In this document: positions 9,160-18,411 of the stretch, one piece after another | Layout: each line of letters starts with the position of its first letter | Numbering within the stretch: position 1 is the first letter of the stretch | Source: Gemmatimonadota bacterium | GTDB lineage: Bacteria > 4572-55 > J002 | Assembly: GCA_003697105.1 (NCBI GenBank) | Contig: RFFQ01000144.1 | Location: 1-38,237, forward strand | Direction: 5' to 3' | Length of the DNA stretch: 38,237 nucleotides | Translations under genes and position numbers: made by a program | Notes under the pieces: model-generated | What the model saw: the letters and a program-made list of their open reading frames with translations, nothing else | Databases searched by the model: none | What the model was told of the DNA's origin: nothing

Positions 9160-10533
9160 TTACACCGTAATCACTTGCCGGTAAATTTCTGCTAGCGTCG
9201 TACGCCCGTCTTGTACCGCCGCGAGTCCCCGTTCTATTAAAGAGGGGTGACCTAAATCCCGAATCGTGCTTTCGATAGCTTCCAACGCCACACCTTTCCG
9301 GATCATCTCGCGCACAGGGTCAATGGGGAAGACCTCAAAAATACCGGTACGCCCGTAATAACCGGAGTATTGGCACATCGCGCAACCCGCGCCCTTTTTA
9401 AGTTCCGCTAGATCAAAATTGCGGTGCGTACGGGCATGGTCTTGAATTTTACGCCACCAAAATGCCGCTTGATCATCGGGGATGTGTTCACACCGGGGAC
9501 AAATTCGTTTCACTTGCCGTTGAGCGATAATCAAGAGGAGCGACTCCGCCAAAACATCGTTGTGGATCGGGTAATCCCGCAAGTGACGAATGGCATCAAT
9601 CGCAAACCGTACCGGCATTTGGCTCAGGACAATATGTCCGGTGAGAGAGGTATCGACCGCTAGCTTCTCCACTGCTAGTTCCTCCGTTTCCCCGATCAAG
9701 ATCACATCCGGGTCTTGCCGGAGCACGGTTTTGTAGATGCGCTGAAATGATAGACCCTGTTCATGAACGACTGCCATCTGATTTACGCCTTCGATGTGCC
9801 ACGAGATGGGGTCTTCCACGGTAATGACGTTCATATCAGTGGTATTGAGGTGGGTCACAAGGGCGTACAGTGTTGTTGTAATCCCGCTCCCGCCGGGACC
9901 AACGACCAAAATCAAGCCGTGAGGGCGTTCTAAGGTTTGCCGAACTCGGTCGAGTTGTTCCATAGAAAAACCAAGACTTGCCAAATTCAGAAGTTGCACA
10001 TCGGGAGCAAACAAACGCAGTACCATTTTTTCGCCATCAAATGCTGGTACGGTCGTGACCCGGAACCGATGCTCGGCACCCTCCCACTTATACATCAGCA
10101 TTCCAGTTTGGGGGATTTCATCTCGATGCGGGTCTAATGACGCCATCAATTTCAAGCGGTAGAGCAGTTGTTCTGCCCACATAGCAGAAAGGGGGGGATG
10201 GCATTCTTTCAACACGCCTTCAATTCGGAAACGAAATCGCATCCCGCCGTTGTACGGTTCTAAATGCAAGTCTGTAGCGCCCTCTTTCAGCGTTAGCTGC
10301 AGTAGGTCATTGATTTTTTTTTGCACCTCAGCCGGCGTGATGGTTTCCGGCGCTGGGGGAGTCGCCGGGGAGACGGAAACCGGTGGATCATCATTCTGCC
10401 GGTTTGCTTTTGTGTTCGTATCCACCAATAATCCAAGAAAATCATCTGGCAGGGCAAGCGATGCGCCGCAATCGGGGCAAACTATGGCGGTTTCAGTAAG
10501 TTCGATCTGGCAAACGGGACATTTCATGAGCAA
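9160..10533 (-). CDS. GspE/PilB-family protein with N-terminal zinc ribbon and degenerate ATPase motifs
   Basis: ATDLHLEP, RFRIEGVL, EDP, LRQDPDVILIGE, TGH, AQR, CPRC..CAMC and GYYGRTGIFE present; Walker A is GPGGSGITTT. Start is TTG 10533 or ATG 10527. Confidence 0.88.
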   Translation of the reverse strand: MLMKCPVCQIELTETAIVCPDCGASLALPDDFLGLLVDTNTKANRQNDDPPVSVSPATPPAPETITPAEVQKKINDLLQLTLKEGATDLHLEPYNGGMRFRFRIEGVLKECHPPLSAMWAEQLLYRLKLMASLDPHRDEIPQTGMLMYKWEGAEHRFRVTTVPAFDGEKMVLRLFAPDVQLLNLASLGFSMEQLDRVRQTLERPHGLILVVGPGGSGITTTLYALVTHLNTTDMNVITVEDPISWHIEGVNQMAVVHEQGLSFQRIYKTVLRQDPDVILIGETEELAVEKLAVDTSLTGHIVLSQMPVRFAIDAIRHLRDYPIHNDVLAESLLLIIAQRQVKRICPRCEHIPDDQAAFWWRKIQDHARTHRNFDLAELKKGAGCAMCQYSGYYGRTGIFEVFPIDPVREMIRKGVALEAIESTIRDLGHPSLIERGLAAVQDGRTTLAEIYRQVITV

Positions 10534-10683
10534 ATCAACTCCTTTTGTTGCAAGATGCAGCGAAATGTGGAAATCACGTTAGATACCGTATGTCAAATCC
10601 ACTCCCAAGACAAGAGTTTTTTTCGGGAACAGATACGCCTCTGTATGCCCTTGGCGGTGGTTCGGTCTGGGGCGTATTTTTGC

Positions 10684-10712
10684 TTGACTTTTAAGGTTAT
10701 CACTGATATTAT
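10684..10712 (+). promoter_or_regulatory. Putative sigma70 promoter (extended -10) for the NTT-HEAT operon
   Basis: TTGACT (10684-10689), 17 nt spacer, TATTAT (10707-10712), with TG at 10704-10705. Confidence 0.6.
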
Positions 10713-10805
10713 TTTAATTCTAAATAATTGCAAGATATTGTAAATCTAAGCCTTAAATTGATGGACTTCAAGTTATTTCCCACCTGCGGATGACCTGTTT
10801 CAGCG

Positions 10806-13800
10806 ATGAAAGAACGCTTCGCTTTTGCTTCGGCTTATCTCGAATCTGAATCCTTCCTACGTGCAAAACGGAACACCGAACGATTTCTGAAAATTCGTCC
10901 CGATGATTGGACAATTTTATTGCTTTTGTTCGGCTTGTTGTTGGCGCTCAACGTGGCACTGGGGGCGGCAGATATGCCCACCAAGGCATTGTTTTACAGC
11001 CTGATCGGCAAATCCAAAGTGCCACCGATGCTGTTTTTCAATGCGATTTTAGGGGCGACAGCGGCAATCGCCATTTCCGCATTCGTGGACAAGCTCAACA
11101 AGACCGTTCTGTTTATGTGGACAACAGCCGGCTTAACGGTTGTTGCGATTATCTCCCGTATTATTGTTGGCAATAATCCCCCCACGTGGATTCTATATTT
11201 TTTGTTTGTTTTGACGAACGCCTTTCGGGGTTTGTTGTTTATGCTGTTCTGGCTGGTAGCGGCAGAAATCTGTGACACCCGGCGGGCAAAACGCATATTT
11301 GGGATCGTCACCAGCGGCGGGACCATTGGTTCGATTCTCTGTTATTTTGTGATTAGCCGCTTGGCAACGGTCATCGGCACGGAACATATCTATGTCCTGT
11401 GGATACTCTCCCTATTTGCGTGTACGCTTATCTGCTATTATATCATCAACAATCGCTCCAAATTAGGGATTGCGGTCTCCCGTCCGGTGCGGCGCTCCTT
11501 CACGCTTCGGGATGCCGTGCAAAATGTGATCGAAGGCGCTCAAATCGTCTGGTCGGAAATCTCGCTGGCAAAAGTCCTCTTTTTTGCCAGTATTTTTTAT
11601 TTTGCGCTTTCGTACACCACCGATGTGGCGTTTGAAAGTGCGTTGGCAGACCGGCACGCGCAGGATCAGATGACCTCCGTAATGAGTCTGTTTAAAGGGA
11701 TTGCCTTTTTTGGCGCCCTCTTCGCCCAATTAATGCTCTCCAACAAGATCATCCAGAGTGTCGGGGTACACAACTCCATGCTCTCCGCGCCAATTACCTA
11801 TGCTATCGGCTTTTTAACATTGGTACTAGCCGCGTCATGGGGGGGCGGCAGTTTCCTTTACTGGACGGTGGTCATGATGGCAATCAGCCGGGACTTGATC
11901 TATTTCTCCATCTACAGTCCCGGTTACCAATCCATGTACAATTCCATTTCGGAGGATAAACGGGGGCGAGCCAAAGCCTTTGCCGACGGGGTGGGTGTGC
12001 CGATTGCCGGCGGAATTGCCGCCATCATCACCGGCGCCATGACCCATCCCGATTTGGAAGCTTGGTACGGCGTGATCATGCTGATACCCTTCATGCTGAG
12101 TTTAGCCTTTTTGTATGTCGGTTTTCGGGTAGGACGTACCTACTTACAAGCGTTGATGCAGGATTTACAAAAAGATGAAATCGTTTTTGAAAAAGAAACC
12201 CGGGCAGAGGTGGATGCGTTATTGCGTTCCCTCACCGGCGAGGACAAAGAGACAGCACTCCATGCCGCCCGCCGGATCGCAACCCAAGGGCACGGCAACC
12301 CGCGGATACCCGCCGAAATGCTGAATCTGTTTGGCAACATCAGCCTCAGTGATGTGAAATTGGAAGTCATCCGCACACTCGGTCAAATTGGGGATGAACA
12401 AACCGCCGCCGAATTGCTAAAACTATTGAAATCGGGCCAGCCAAAACCGATCCAGCTCGCCATTATCCATGCCTTGTGCCGGCTCAACTATGCCCCCGCC
12501 GTGGAGGTGATAAAACCCTATTTTGAAGATACCGTCGGCGACATGGAATTACGAGCCGCCGCTGCCGCAACACTGATGCACTTTGGCGATGAAACGGGTA
12601 CTGAATTTTTGCGAAACTTGCTCAACGATACCTCTTCTTCACGAAAGTTAGCGGCGCTGAAAACCATCGCCGAAATACCGGCGCCAGCATTGGTCAACGA
12701 GATCAACCAGACCTTCAAAACCACCATCACGGATATTCGCCGCTATGCTTGCCGGGCACTGGGCTGGATTCAAGAGGATAAAGCCATCCGTCCCCTTATT
12801 GTGGCGATGTCGGATCGGGATAGTACCGTTCAGGAGGCCGCGCAAGAAGCGTTGGTCAATCACGGTGAACGCATCTTGAAACCGTTGTTAGTCTGGCTGC
12901 GCAGTACACAAAGTCATGCTTCTGCGGACCTCCAACAGCGAATTGTCCATGTCATGGGTCGTGTGGAAGGGGAGCAAGGTGAGCAAGCATTGATCGAACT
13001 GCTCTCTTCAGATAATGACTTGCTCCGTACTGCTGCAATCAGCGCCCTTGCCTCGCGGGGCGAATTGCGGGAACGAGAACGGCTCGAACAGTACATCTTA
13101 GAAGAAATATCCACCATTTACCGCAACCTACTCTATGTTGCACTACTGGATACAAAGCCCTACCAAGATACCAAAGCCGGCACCATGATCCGAATTCTGC
13201 TGTTAGAAGAAAATGACCGCAAAAAGGATCAGATCATCCAAGCCGTCGGGCTACTGGCTCAAGAGCTTGACGCGCTGGAGTTGGTCGCCCGCAAAATTAA
13301 AAGCCCCGATAATTTCATCCGGGCAAATGCACTGGAAACACTGGAAAATTTCGGTGACCGGATCGGCAGCCGTAGTCTGATCAAACATATCCTGCCCCTG
13401 ATGGAATCCCCCCATAATGAGAACATTTTGAACCGGTTTCGGAGTGTGAAACAAGGTTTAGGTGCAAATGTCCAGCGTGTGCTGGTTGCGTTGTTAAAAA
13501 GTTCCAACCCCATTGTGCGGGCATGTGCCGTTTATCTGATCGGTGAAGTTCGCGAACAAAAACTGATGGGGATCATGAGTGAATCCTGTAGCCTCGATCC
13601 AGATTTGTTGGTACGAGATAATGTGAAAGTTGCAGTCAACCGGATTGTCTTCCCCAACCGCCCGGAAGACCCCGATCGCCCCATGACCCCGCTGGAGAAA
13701 ATATTCTTTTTGAAAAAAGTACCCCTCTTCCAAAACATGATGGCAGAAGATATTCGCCGCGTCGCCGACATTTGCGAGGAGCAAAAAGTAAATGCCGGAA

Positions 13801-14180
13801 CCATTATCATGAAAGAAAATGAACCCGTGGACTCCCCCAAACTATACGTGGTCGTCAGTGGAATGCCTCCGCAAATGAGTAATCTCAATCCGCAAGGTGT
13901 CTCCATCCCCAAATTCAAAAAAGAAGGGCAATACTTTGGCGATATTGAAGTTTTTAGCCCCGAAACCAAACCGGTCGCGGCTTCCACCGTTGAGACCAGT
14001 TACGGCGATGCCCGTCTGTTTGTGATTGATGGGCGGCGACTCCGCGCCGAAATGGAGCGCAACCCAACTATGGCGATTGAAATTTGCCGGGTTTTCAGCA
14101 AAAATGTTCGGGATACAATGAAATTGGTCGTCAATGACCATTATGCCCAGCTTCCCACTTGGGGTGAAAACGGAAAGTAA
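10806..14180 (+). CDS. NTT (Npt1/Npt2, TLC)-like MFS transporter fused to HEAT repeats and a C-terminal cNMP-binding-like domain
   Basis: About 12 TM with FWLVAAEICDTRRAKRIFG and KRGRAKAFADG motifs; HEAT repeats (IRRYACRALGWI, VRACAVYLIGE); EKIFFLKKVPLF...GQYFGD cNMP-like domain from about 13683. Confidence 0.85.
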   Translation: MKERFAFASAYLESESFLRAKRNTERFLKIRPDDWTILLLLFGLLLALNVALGAADMPTKALFYSLIGKSKVPPMLFFNAILGATAAIAISAFVDKLNKTVLFMWTTAGLTVVAIISRIIVGNNPPTWILYFLFVLTNAFRGLLFMLFWLVAAEICDTRRAKRIFGIVTSGGTIGSILCYFVISRLATVIGTEHIYVLWILSLFACTLICYYIINNRSKLGIAVSRPVRRSFTLRDAVQNVIEGAQIVWSEISLAKVLFFASIFYFALSYTTDVAFESALADRHAQDQMTSVMSLFKGIAFFGALFAQLMLSNKIIQSVGVHNSMLSAPITYAIGFLTLVLAASWGGGSFLYWTVVMMAISRDLIYFSIYSPGYQSMYNSISEDKRGRAKAFADGVGVPIAGGIAAIITGAMTHPDLEAWYGVIMLIPFMLSLAFLYVGFRVGRTYLQALMQDLQKDEIVFEKETRAEVDALLRSLTGEDKETALHAARRIATQGHGNPRIPAEMLNLFGNISLSDVKLEVIRTLGQIGDEQTAAELLKLLKSGQPKPIQLAIIHALCRLNYAPAVEVIKPYFEDTVGDMELRAAAAATLMHFGDETGTEFLRNLLNDTSSSRKLAALKTIAEIPAPALVNEINQTFKTTITDIRRYACRALGWIQEDKAIRPLIVAMSDRDSTVQEAAQEALVNHGERILKPLLVWLRSTQSHASADLQQRIVHVMGRVEGEQGEQALIELLSSDNDLLRTAAISALASRGELRERERLEQYILEEISTIYRNLLYVALLDTKPYQDTKAGTMIRILLLEENDRKKDQIIQAVGLLAQELDALELVARKIKSPDNFIRANALETLENFGDRIGSRSLIKHILPLMESPHNENILNRFRSVKQGLGANVQRVLVALLKSSNPIVRACAVYLIGEVREQKLMGIMSESCSLDPDLLVRDNVKVAVNRIVFPNRPEDPDRPMTPLEKIFFLKKVPLFQNMMAEDIRRVADICEEQKVNAGTIIMKENEPVDSPKLYVVVSGMPPQMSNLNPQGVSIPKFKKEGQYFGDIEVFSPETKPVAASTVETSYGDARLFVIDGRRLRAEMERNPTMAIEICRVFSKNVRDTMKLVVNDHYAQLPTWGENGK

Positions 14181-14183
14181 CCT

Positions 14184-14660
14184 ATGAAAACGGCGAAAGA
14201 ACGAAATCTCTTCCTAAAAAACATTGATCTGTTTGCCAATATGACGGACGATGAGCGGGAACTCATCGGCCGATTCTCGCGGATACAAAGCTTTAAACCG
14301 GGACAGATCATCATCAAGGAAGATGAACACGAAGAGGCTCTCAACCTCTATATCGTTATTAACGGTGAACTCGCCATGTTGAAAACGGTAGAAACCAAAG
14401 AGGGAGAACGGGTTGAAAAGATTTTTCGCTACTTGAAGGATGGTGACTATTTCGGGGAAATTGAAGTGTTCGTTGGTGAAACCTTGCCAGCATCAGCCAC
14501 CATCATTGGCGTTACAGAAGGACGAATGCTGGTCATCGATGGTAAAAAATTTTTAACAGTACTTAATAAATACCCTCATTTAACAATCCAAGTTTGCGGG
14601 CAATTTAGCCGCCGAATGCGCGAACTCAATAAGGCACACGTCACCGGCGAGGTGACTTGA
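14184..14660 (+). CDS. Stand-alone cyclic-nucleotide-binding-domain protein, no HTH
   Basis: FLKNIDLFANM, GQIIIKED, LYIVING and GDYFGE motifs; ends after the C-helix. Confidence 0.85.
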   Translation: MKTAKERNLFLKNIDLFANMTDDERELIGRFSRIQSFKPGQIIIKEDEHEEALNLYIVINGELAMLKTVETKEGERVEKIFRYLKDGDYFGEIEVFVGETLPASATIIGVTEGRMLVIDGKKFLTVLNKYPHLTIQVCGQFSRRMRELNKAHVTGEVT

Positions 14661-14676
14661 AAGGAGAAGGCACCAG

Positions 14677-15318
14677 ATGGAACAAGAAACCATGAGTTTA
14701 CTCTCGATTTTGCTCAAAGGGGGATTTTTGATGATCCCGCTGGCAATCTGTTCATTTATTGCCACTGTGATTATTATCGAGCGTCTTTTTGTCCTCAACC
14801 GCGCGAAAATTGATACTGAAAAATTTATGGAGCGGATTAAACATACCGTCTCGCAGGGCAATGCGCAAGCCGGGTTGATGCTGTGCGAGGATAAACAAGG
14901 ACCTATCGCCACCATCGTTAAAGCCGGTTTAGAGCGCCATGACCGCCCGCGGGAGGTTATCCGTGAGGCAATTGAAAACGCGGGTAAAACGGAAATTTAT
15001 ATGCTCGAACGCGGACTGGGTACACTGGCAACCATTGCCGGAATTGCGCCGTTACTCGGTTTTTTAGGGACGGTCACTGGTATGATTCAGGCTTTTATGA
15101 AAATTGCCGAATTGGAAGGCAACGTCAATCCCTCCATTCTTGCCTCCGGTATCTGGGAAGCGTTGCTGACAACCGCCGTGGGTTTAGCAGTGGGCATCCC
15201 CGTGTTGATCTTCTACAACTATTTGGTCGGGAGAGTCCAGCGGTTCGTGTTTGAGATGGAAAAAAGCTCCACTGAATTGGTTGATGCGTTGATCTGGGCA
15301 CAGGAAAATAAAACGTGA
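14677..15318 (+). CDS. MotA/TolQ/ExbB proton channel family protein
   Basis: GGFLMIPL..IERL, APLLGFLGTVTGMI and GIWEALLTTAVGLAVGIP motifs; SD GGAG upstream. Confidence 0.92.
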   Translation: MEQETMSLLSILLKGGFLMIPLAICSFIATVIIIERLFVLNRAKIDTEKFMERIKHTVSQGNAQAGLMLCEDKQGPIATIVKAGLERHDRPREVIREAIENAGKTEIYMLERGLGTLATIAGIAPLLGFLGTVTGMIQAFMKIAELEGNVNPSILASGIWEALLTTAVGLAVGIPVLIFYNYLVGRVQRFVFEMEKSSTELVDALIWAQENKT

Positions 15319-15357
15319 TAGTCGAGGAAAGGGGGGGAGGGAACCCGCAACTCACTA

Positions 15358-15393
15358 AAAAAGCGCGATCCGAATTATCGGATCGCGCTTTTT
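15358..15393. terminator. Bidirectional intrinsic terminator between convergent operons
   Basis: AAAAAGCGCGATCCGA-ATTA-TCGGATCGCGCTTTTT, perfect inverted repeat with A/T tails on both sides. Confidence 0.88.
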
Positions 15394-15417
15394 CTATTGC
15401 TATCCCGGACGAAGACC

Positions 15418-16005
15418 CTAAACCAGTGCATCACCGTAACTACTGCGAACATTCCGTTGGACATCATGTTCAACCTGCTCCAAGCGCTCTTCGATACTAT
15501 GCAAGCGGTCTTGGATCGTCGCATTTGATGACGTTTTTTTCAACCGTTCCACTTCATTTTTGAGCACGTCTAACTCCTCTTGAATCCGGCGTGAAACGTC
15601 CAGATGCTGCCGGGTCGATTTTAGGATCGCATCCGTCACTTGGGTAATGGTGTGTAACTGATTGAAGACATTGCTAAAATAGGCACTTTGGGTCACAACT
15701 TCACTATGGAGTTTATCCAGTTTGTGCAAATCAAGAATACCATTGGAGAGCCGTTCATCGAGTTTGAGTTCAAAGTAGGCAGAAATTTTGTCCAACTGCA
15801 ATTCTAATCGTTCATTTAGCAGGGGTAAAATCACTTGTATTAGCTTATCTTCCAATGTATCCAGCGCCACATTTAACGTGTGCCGGATGTCTGCCATTTG
15901 GGCATCCAATTCCTGATTTAGATGCGTTTGTAGCAGTACCATCATTGCCTGATGTTCATCATTGAGCGGTGTGCTTTCGGCGGTCGGTTCTATTTCGTTT
16001 GTCAT
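15418..16005 (-). CDS. Hypothetical all-helical/coiled-coil protein
   Basis: 195-aa ORF with SD GAAGGAAAGGA; heptad-rich L/E/D/Q composition; no TM segment; ends just before the terminator. Confidence 0.7.
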   Translation of the reverse strand: MTNEIEPTAESTPLNDEHQAMMVLLQTHLNQELDAQMADIRHTLNVALDTLEDKLIQVILPLLNERLELQLDKISAYFELKLDERLSNGILDLHKLDKLHSEVVTQSAYFSNVFNQLHTITQVTDAILKSTRQHLDVSRRIQEELDVLKNEVERLKKTSSNATIQDRLHSIEERLEQVEHDVQRNVRSSYGDALV

Positions 16006-16029
16006 AGCGCCGTCCTTTCCTTCATCGGC

Positions 16030-17679
16030 TTAACGGTCACCACCGATTTTGGTGATGCGCCCTTCAATTTTAGGGCTAATGGGGCTGTTTTTACGGATAT
16101 ATGCTTCCACTGCTTCCGAAACGGTAAAATAGAGTGTTTGGCGGGGTAAATCCGCCAGAATTTGGTAGCCGATACTGCCTTCTGCCAAATAGGCGGAGGT
16201 CACAAATTCGTAGGTTTTATTGGGGTCAAGGGGTTCCCCACCGATAGTCAACTCGGTAATCCGTTGCATCTCCGGCAGATTGGGATCAAACACAATCTTT
16301 GCCCCACTAATGTTTAAGTCCCGCCGGCGACCCTTTACGCCGGTTTCCAGAATATCTTTCAGGGTTTTACCATCCACCGTAAATTTGACAATCGTCTCCT
16401 GAAAGGGGAGAACTTGAAAAATCTTACGCGGGGTGAGTTCCCCTGCCGGTAAATCCGCGCGGAGTCCGCCTCGATTCACCAACGCGACATCTGCCTTGGA
16501 TATTTCCCGCATGGCATCGGTGACCAAATTACCCATCACCGTTTCGTAATTGCCCCGGGTTAAATCAACAAGGCTTTCACCTAAAACTTCGTCCATTCCT
16601 TTTTCCGCAATGGCGCGGCGTTCTTCCACAAAAGCGGCAATTTCAGGCACGGGCGAAAACCGGTCGGCAAAAAGCGTCACCTCTGCCCCCTCCGGCGGAA
16701 TTTCATAATCGATCAGATGTCCCGTGGTTTTATCAATCTGGAGCTCGATATGTCCCACACCAGAACCGTTGGCATAGGTCTGAGTCAGCAAGGTATGGGT
16801 TCGTGGGTCTTCATACGGCTTCCGCAACCCATAATGGATATGCCCTCCGATGATCAGGTCAACCCCCTCTACCAGTGCGGCAGCTTCCACACCGTTAATG
16901 GCAAATTCCCGCTCGTAGGGTTTACCGGCGGCGAGGGCTTCTTCCACGCGTTTGCGGTACTGCTCCTGTTCCGAAACATACGGTGAGCCGATATGGGCAA
17001 CGGCGATTACGACGGTTGCCTTTTCCTGTTCGCGGACAATTTTGACATATTTTTTCAGGGTGGGCGCCACTTTTTCAAACCGTAAGCCTTTCGTGGCATC
17101 CGGTGGGGTCAAGCCTTTGGTATCTGGATTCGCAATACCGATCAGCGCCACTCGAATACCGTTAAATTCTTTGATGATATACGGCACGACGTAATCTGCC
17201 AGTTCACCGGTAGATTCATCGATGAGGTTTGCACAAAGCACGGGAAAGTCGGCAATTTCAGCCAGTCGTTGGGCATTTTCTTTTCCCAGATCGTAATCAT
17301 GATTTCCGAACGTTGCCGCATCGTAACCGAGCAGATTCATAAATTCAATCACGGTTTTGCCTTGGTCGAACATCCCGACGGGGGTTCCCTGAAACCAATC
17401 TCCGGCATCTACCAGTAGAACATGTGCCCCCTCTTTTTCGGCATCCGCCCGAACCTCATTGATATAACGTGCCATACGCCCGCCACCCCCAACTTTGGGG
17501 GGGAACTTGGGATTCATCCATGTGGCATCCCGTTCCGTGATGTTCCCGTGGATATCATTGGTGTGCAAAACAATAAGCCGTTCGATACCTTCCTCTGCCA
17601 TCAACGGCAACGCGAAGAGCAAAGAAAGGATCAACAGCCATCTCGAATATTTTACAACGTGTGTAACCCGGCGTATCAT
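16030..17679 (-). CDS. Secreted bifunctional metallophosphatase/5'-nucleotidase (UshA/CpdB-like)
   Basis: Signal peptide; HTNDIHG, DAGDWFQG, GNHDYD and GGHIH metal motifs; C-terminal domain NRGGLRA, LPF, SAYLAEG. Confidence 0.92.
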   Translation of the reverse strand: MIRRVTHVVKYSRWLLILSLLFALPLMAEEGIERLIVLHTNDIHGNITERDATWMNPKFPPKVGGGGRMARYINEVRADAEKEGAHVLLVDAGDWFQGTPVGMFDQGKTVIEFMNLLGYDAATFGNHDYDLGKENAQRLAEIADFPVLCANLIDESTGELADYVVPYIIKEFNGIRVALIGIANPDTKGLTPPDATKGLRFEKVAPTLKKYVKIVREQEKATVVIAVAHIGSPYVSEQEQYRKRVEEALAAGKPYEREFAINGVEAAALVEGVDLIIGGHIHYGLRKPYEDPRTHTLLTQTYANGSGVGHIELQIDKTTGHLIDYEIPPEGAEVTLFADRFSPVPEIAAFVEERRAIAEKGMDEVLGESLVDLTRGNYETVMGNLVTDAMREISKADVALVNRGGLRADLPAGELTPRKIFQVLPFQETIVKFTVDGKTLKDILETGVKGRRRDLNISGAKIVFDPNLPEMQRITELTIGGEPLDPNKTYEFVTSAYLAEGSIGYQILADLPRQTLYFTVSEAVEAYIRKNSPISPKIEGRITKIGGDR

Positions 17680-17707
17680 GCCGTGCGAACCTCCAAACCT
17701 TGAGTTT

Positions 17708-17741
17708 AAAACAAGACCTGAAAGGCGTACCTTTCAGGTCT
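17708..17741 (-). terminator. Stem-loop with U-rich tail between the membrane cassette and the nucleotidase
   Basis: On the minus strand AGACCTGAAAGG-TACG-CCTTTCAGGTCT then TGTTTT; perfect 12-bp stem at 17714-17741. Confidence 0.65.
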
Positions 17742-17751
17742 AATAACGGAC

Positions 17752-18408
17752 TTACATACCTCCACCGCTTGCTATCTTGATCAGTTCCCCGATCCAGTCT
17801 TGGGTCAAAAACTGAATCCGGTAGATGAGCAGAGCGGCACGCGCCATCACGGTGAAACCAAAGGAAACCCCGAAGGATGCCATCAACCACCAAATACCAA
17901 CGATGCGGGTATATTCATGTGCTTTTTCCAACGCCGGGTTGTGAATCCGGCGAAAATAGAAATAACTGAGAATACAGACCACACCTAACCAAATCACAAC
18001 ATGATCAAACGATTTTTGCAGGTCACCCGCCACATAAAGCGATTTAACCGTACCTTCCAGCGCTTCAATAATATAACTGGACATGATACGTTCCAGACCT
18101 AACCCGGAGAAGGCGCCCAGAACCATCGCCAACGGAATCAGAGATAACCAGCGCACTTTTTGAAACGGTTGGGCTAACCACAACGCCCCAATTAACGTTG
18201 GAAGAATCAGAATCCAATTCGCCGCAAAATCTGTGGTCACCGGCACCCAAAACAAGCGGAGGAAAATCTGGCGATAGGTAAGAACAACGCCATAACCAAG
18301 CGAAATTCCTAAAATTAGGTGTTCGATGAATCGGGAAACGATATTTTCTTTCCAGACGAGAGACATCGCCCCCAGGGTTAGTAGCGCCGCAATTGTTGTC
18401 GTTAACAT
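17752..18408 (-). CDS. Uncharacterised polytopic membrane protein (gene 4 of the cassette)
   Basis: About 6 hydrophobic segments; KENIVSRFIEHLILG and LMASFGVSFGFTVMAR motifs; starts 3 nt after the upstream stop. Confidence 0.85.
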   Translation of the reverse strand: MLTTTIAALLTLGAMSLVWKENIVSRFIEHLILGISLGYGVVLTYRQIFLRLFWVPVTTDFAANWILILPTLIGALWLAQPFQKVRWLSLIPLAMVLGAFSGLGLERIMSSYIIEALEGTVKSLYVAGDLQKSFDHVVIWLGVVCILSYFYFRRIHNPALEKAHEYTRIVGIWWLMASFGVSFGFTVMARAALLIYRIQFLTQDWIGELIKIASGGGM

Positions 18409-18411
18409 CGA

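Noticed and set aside
15315-15563. ORF after exbB as the missing ExbD
   Set aside because: No TM segment or conserved Asp motif; it crosses the terminator and overlaps the opposite gene.
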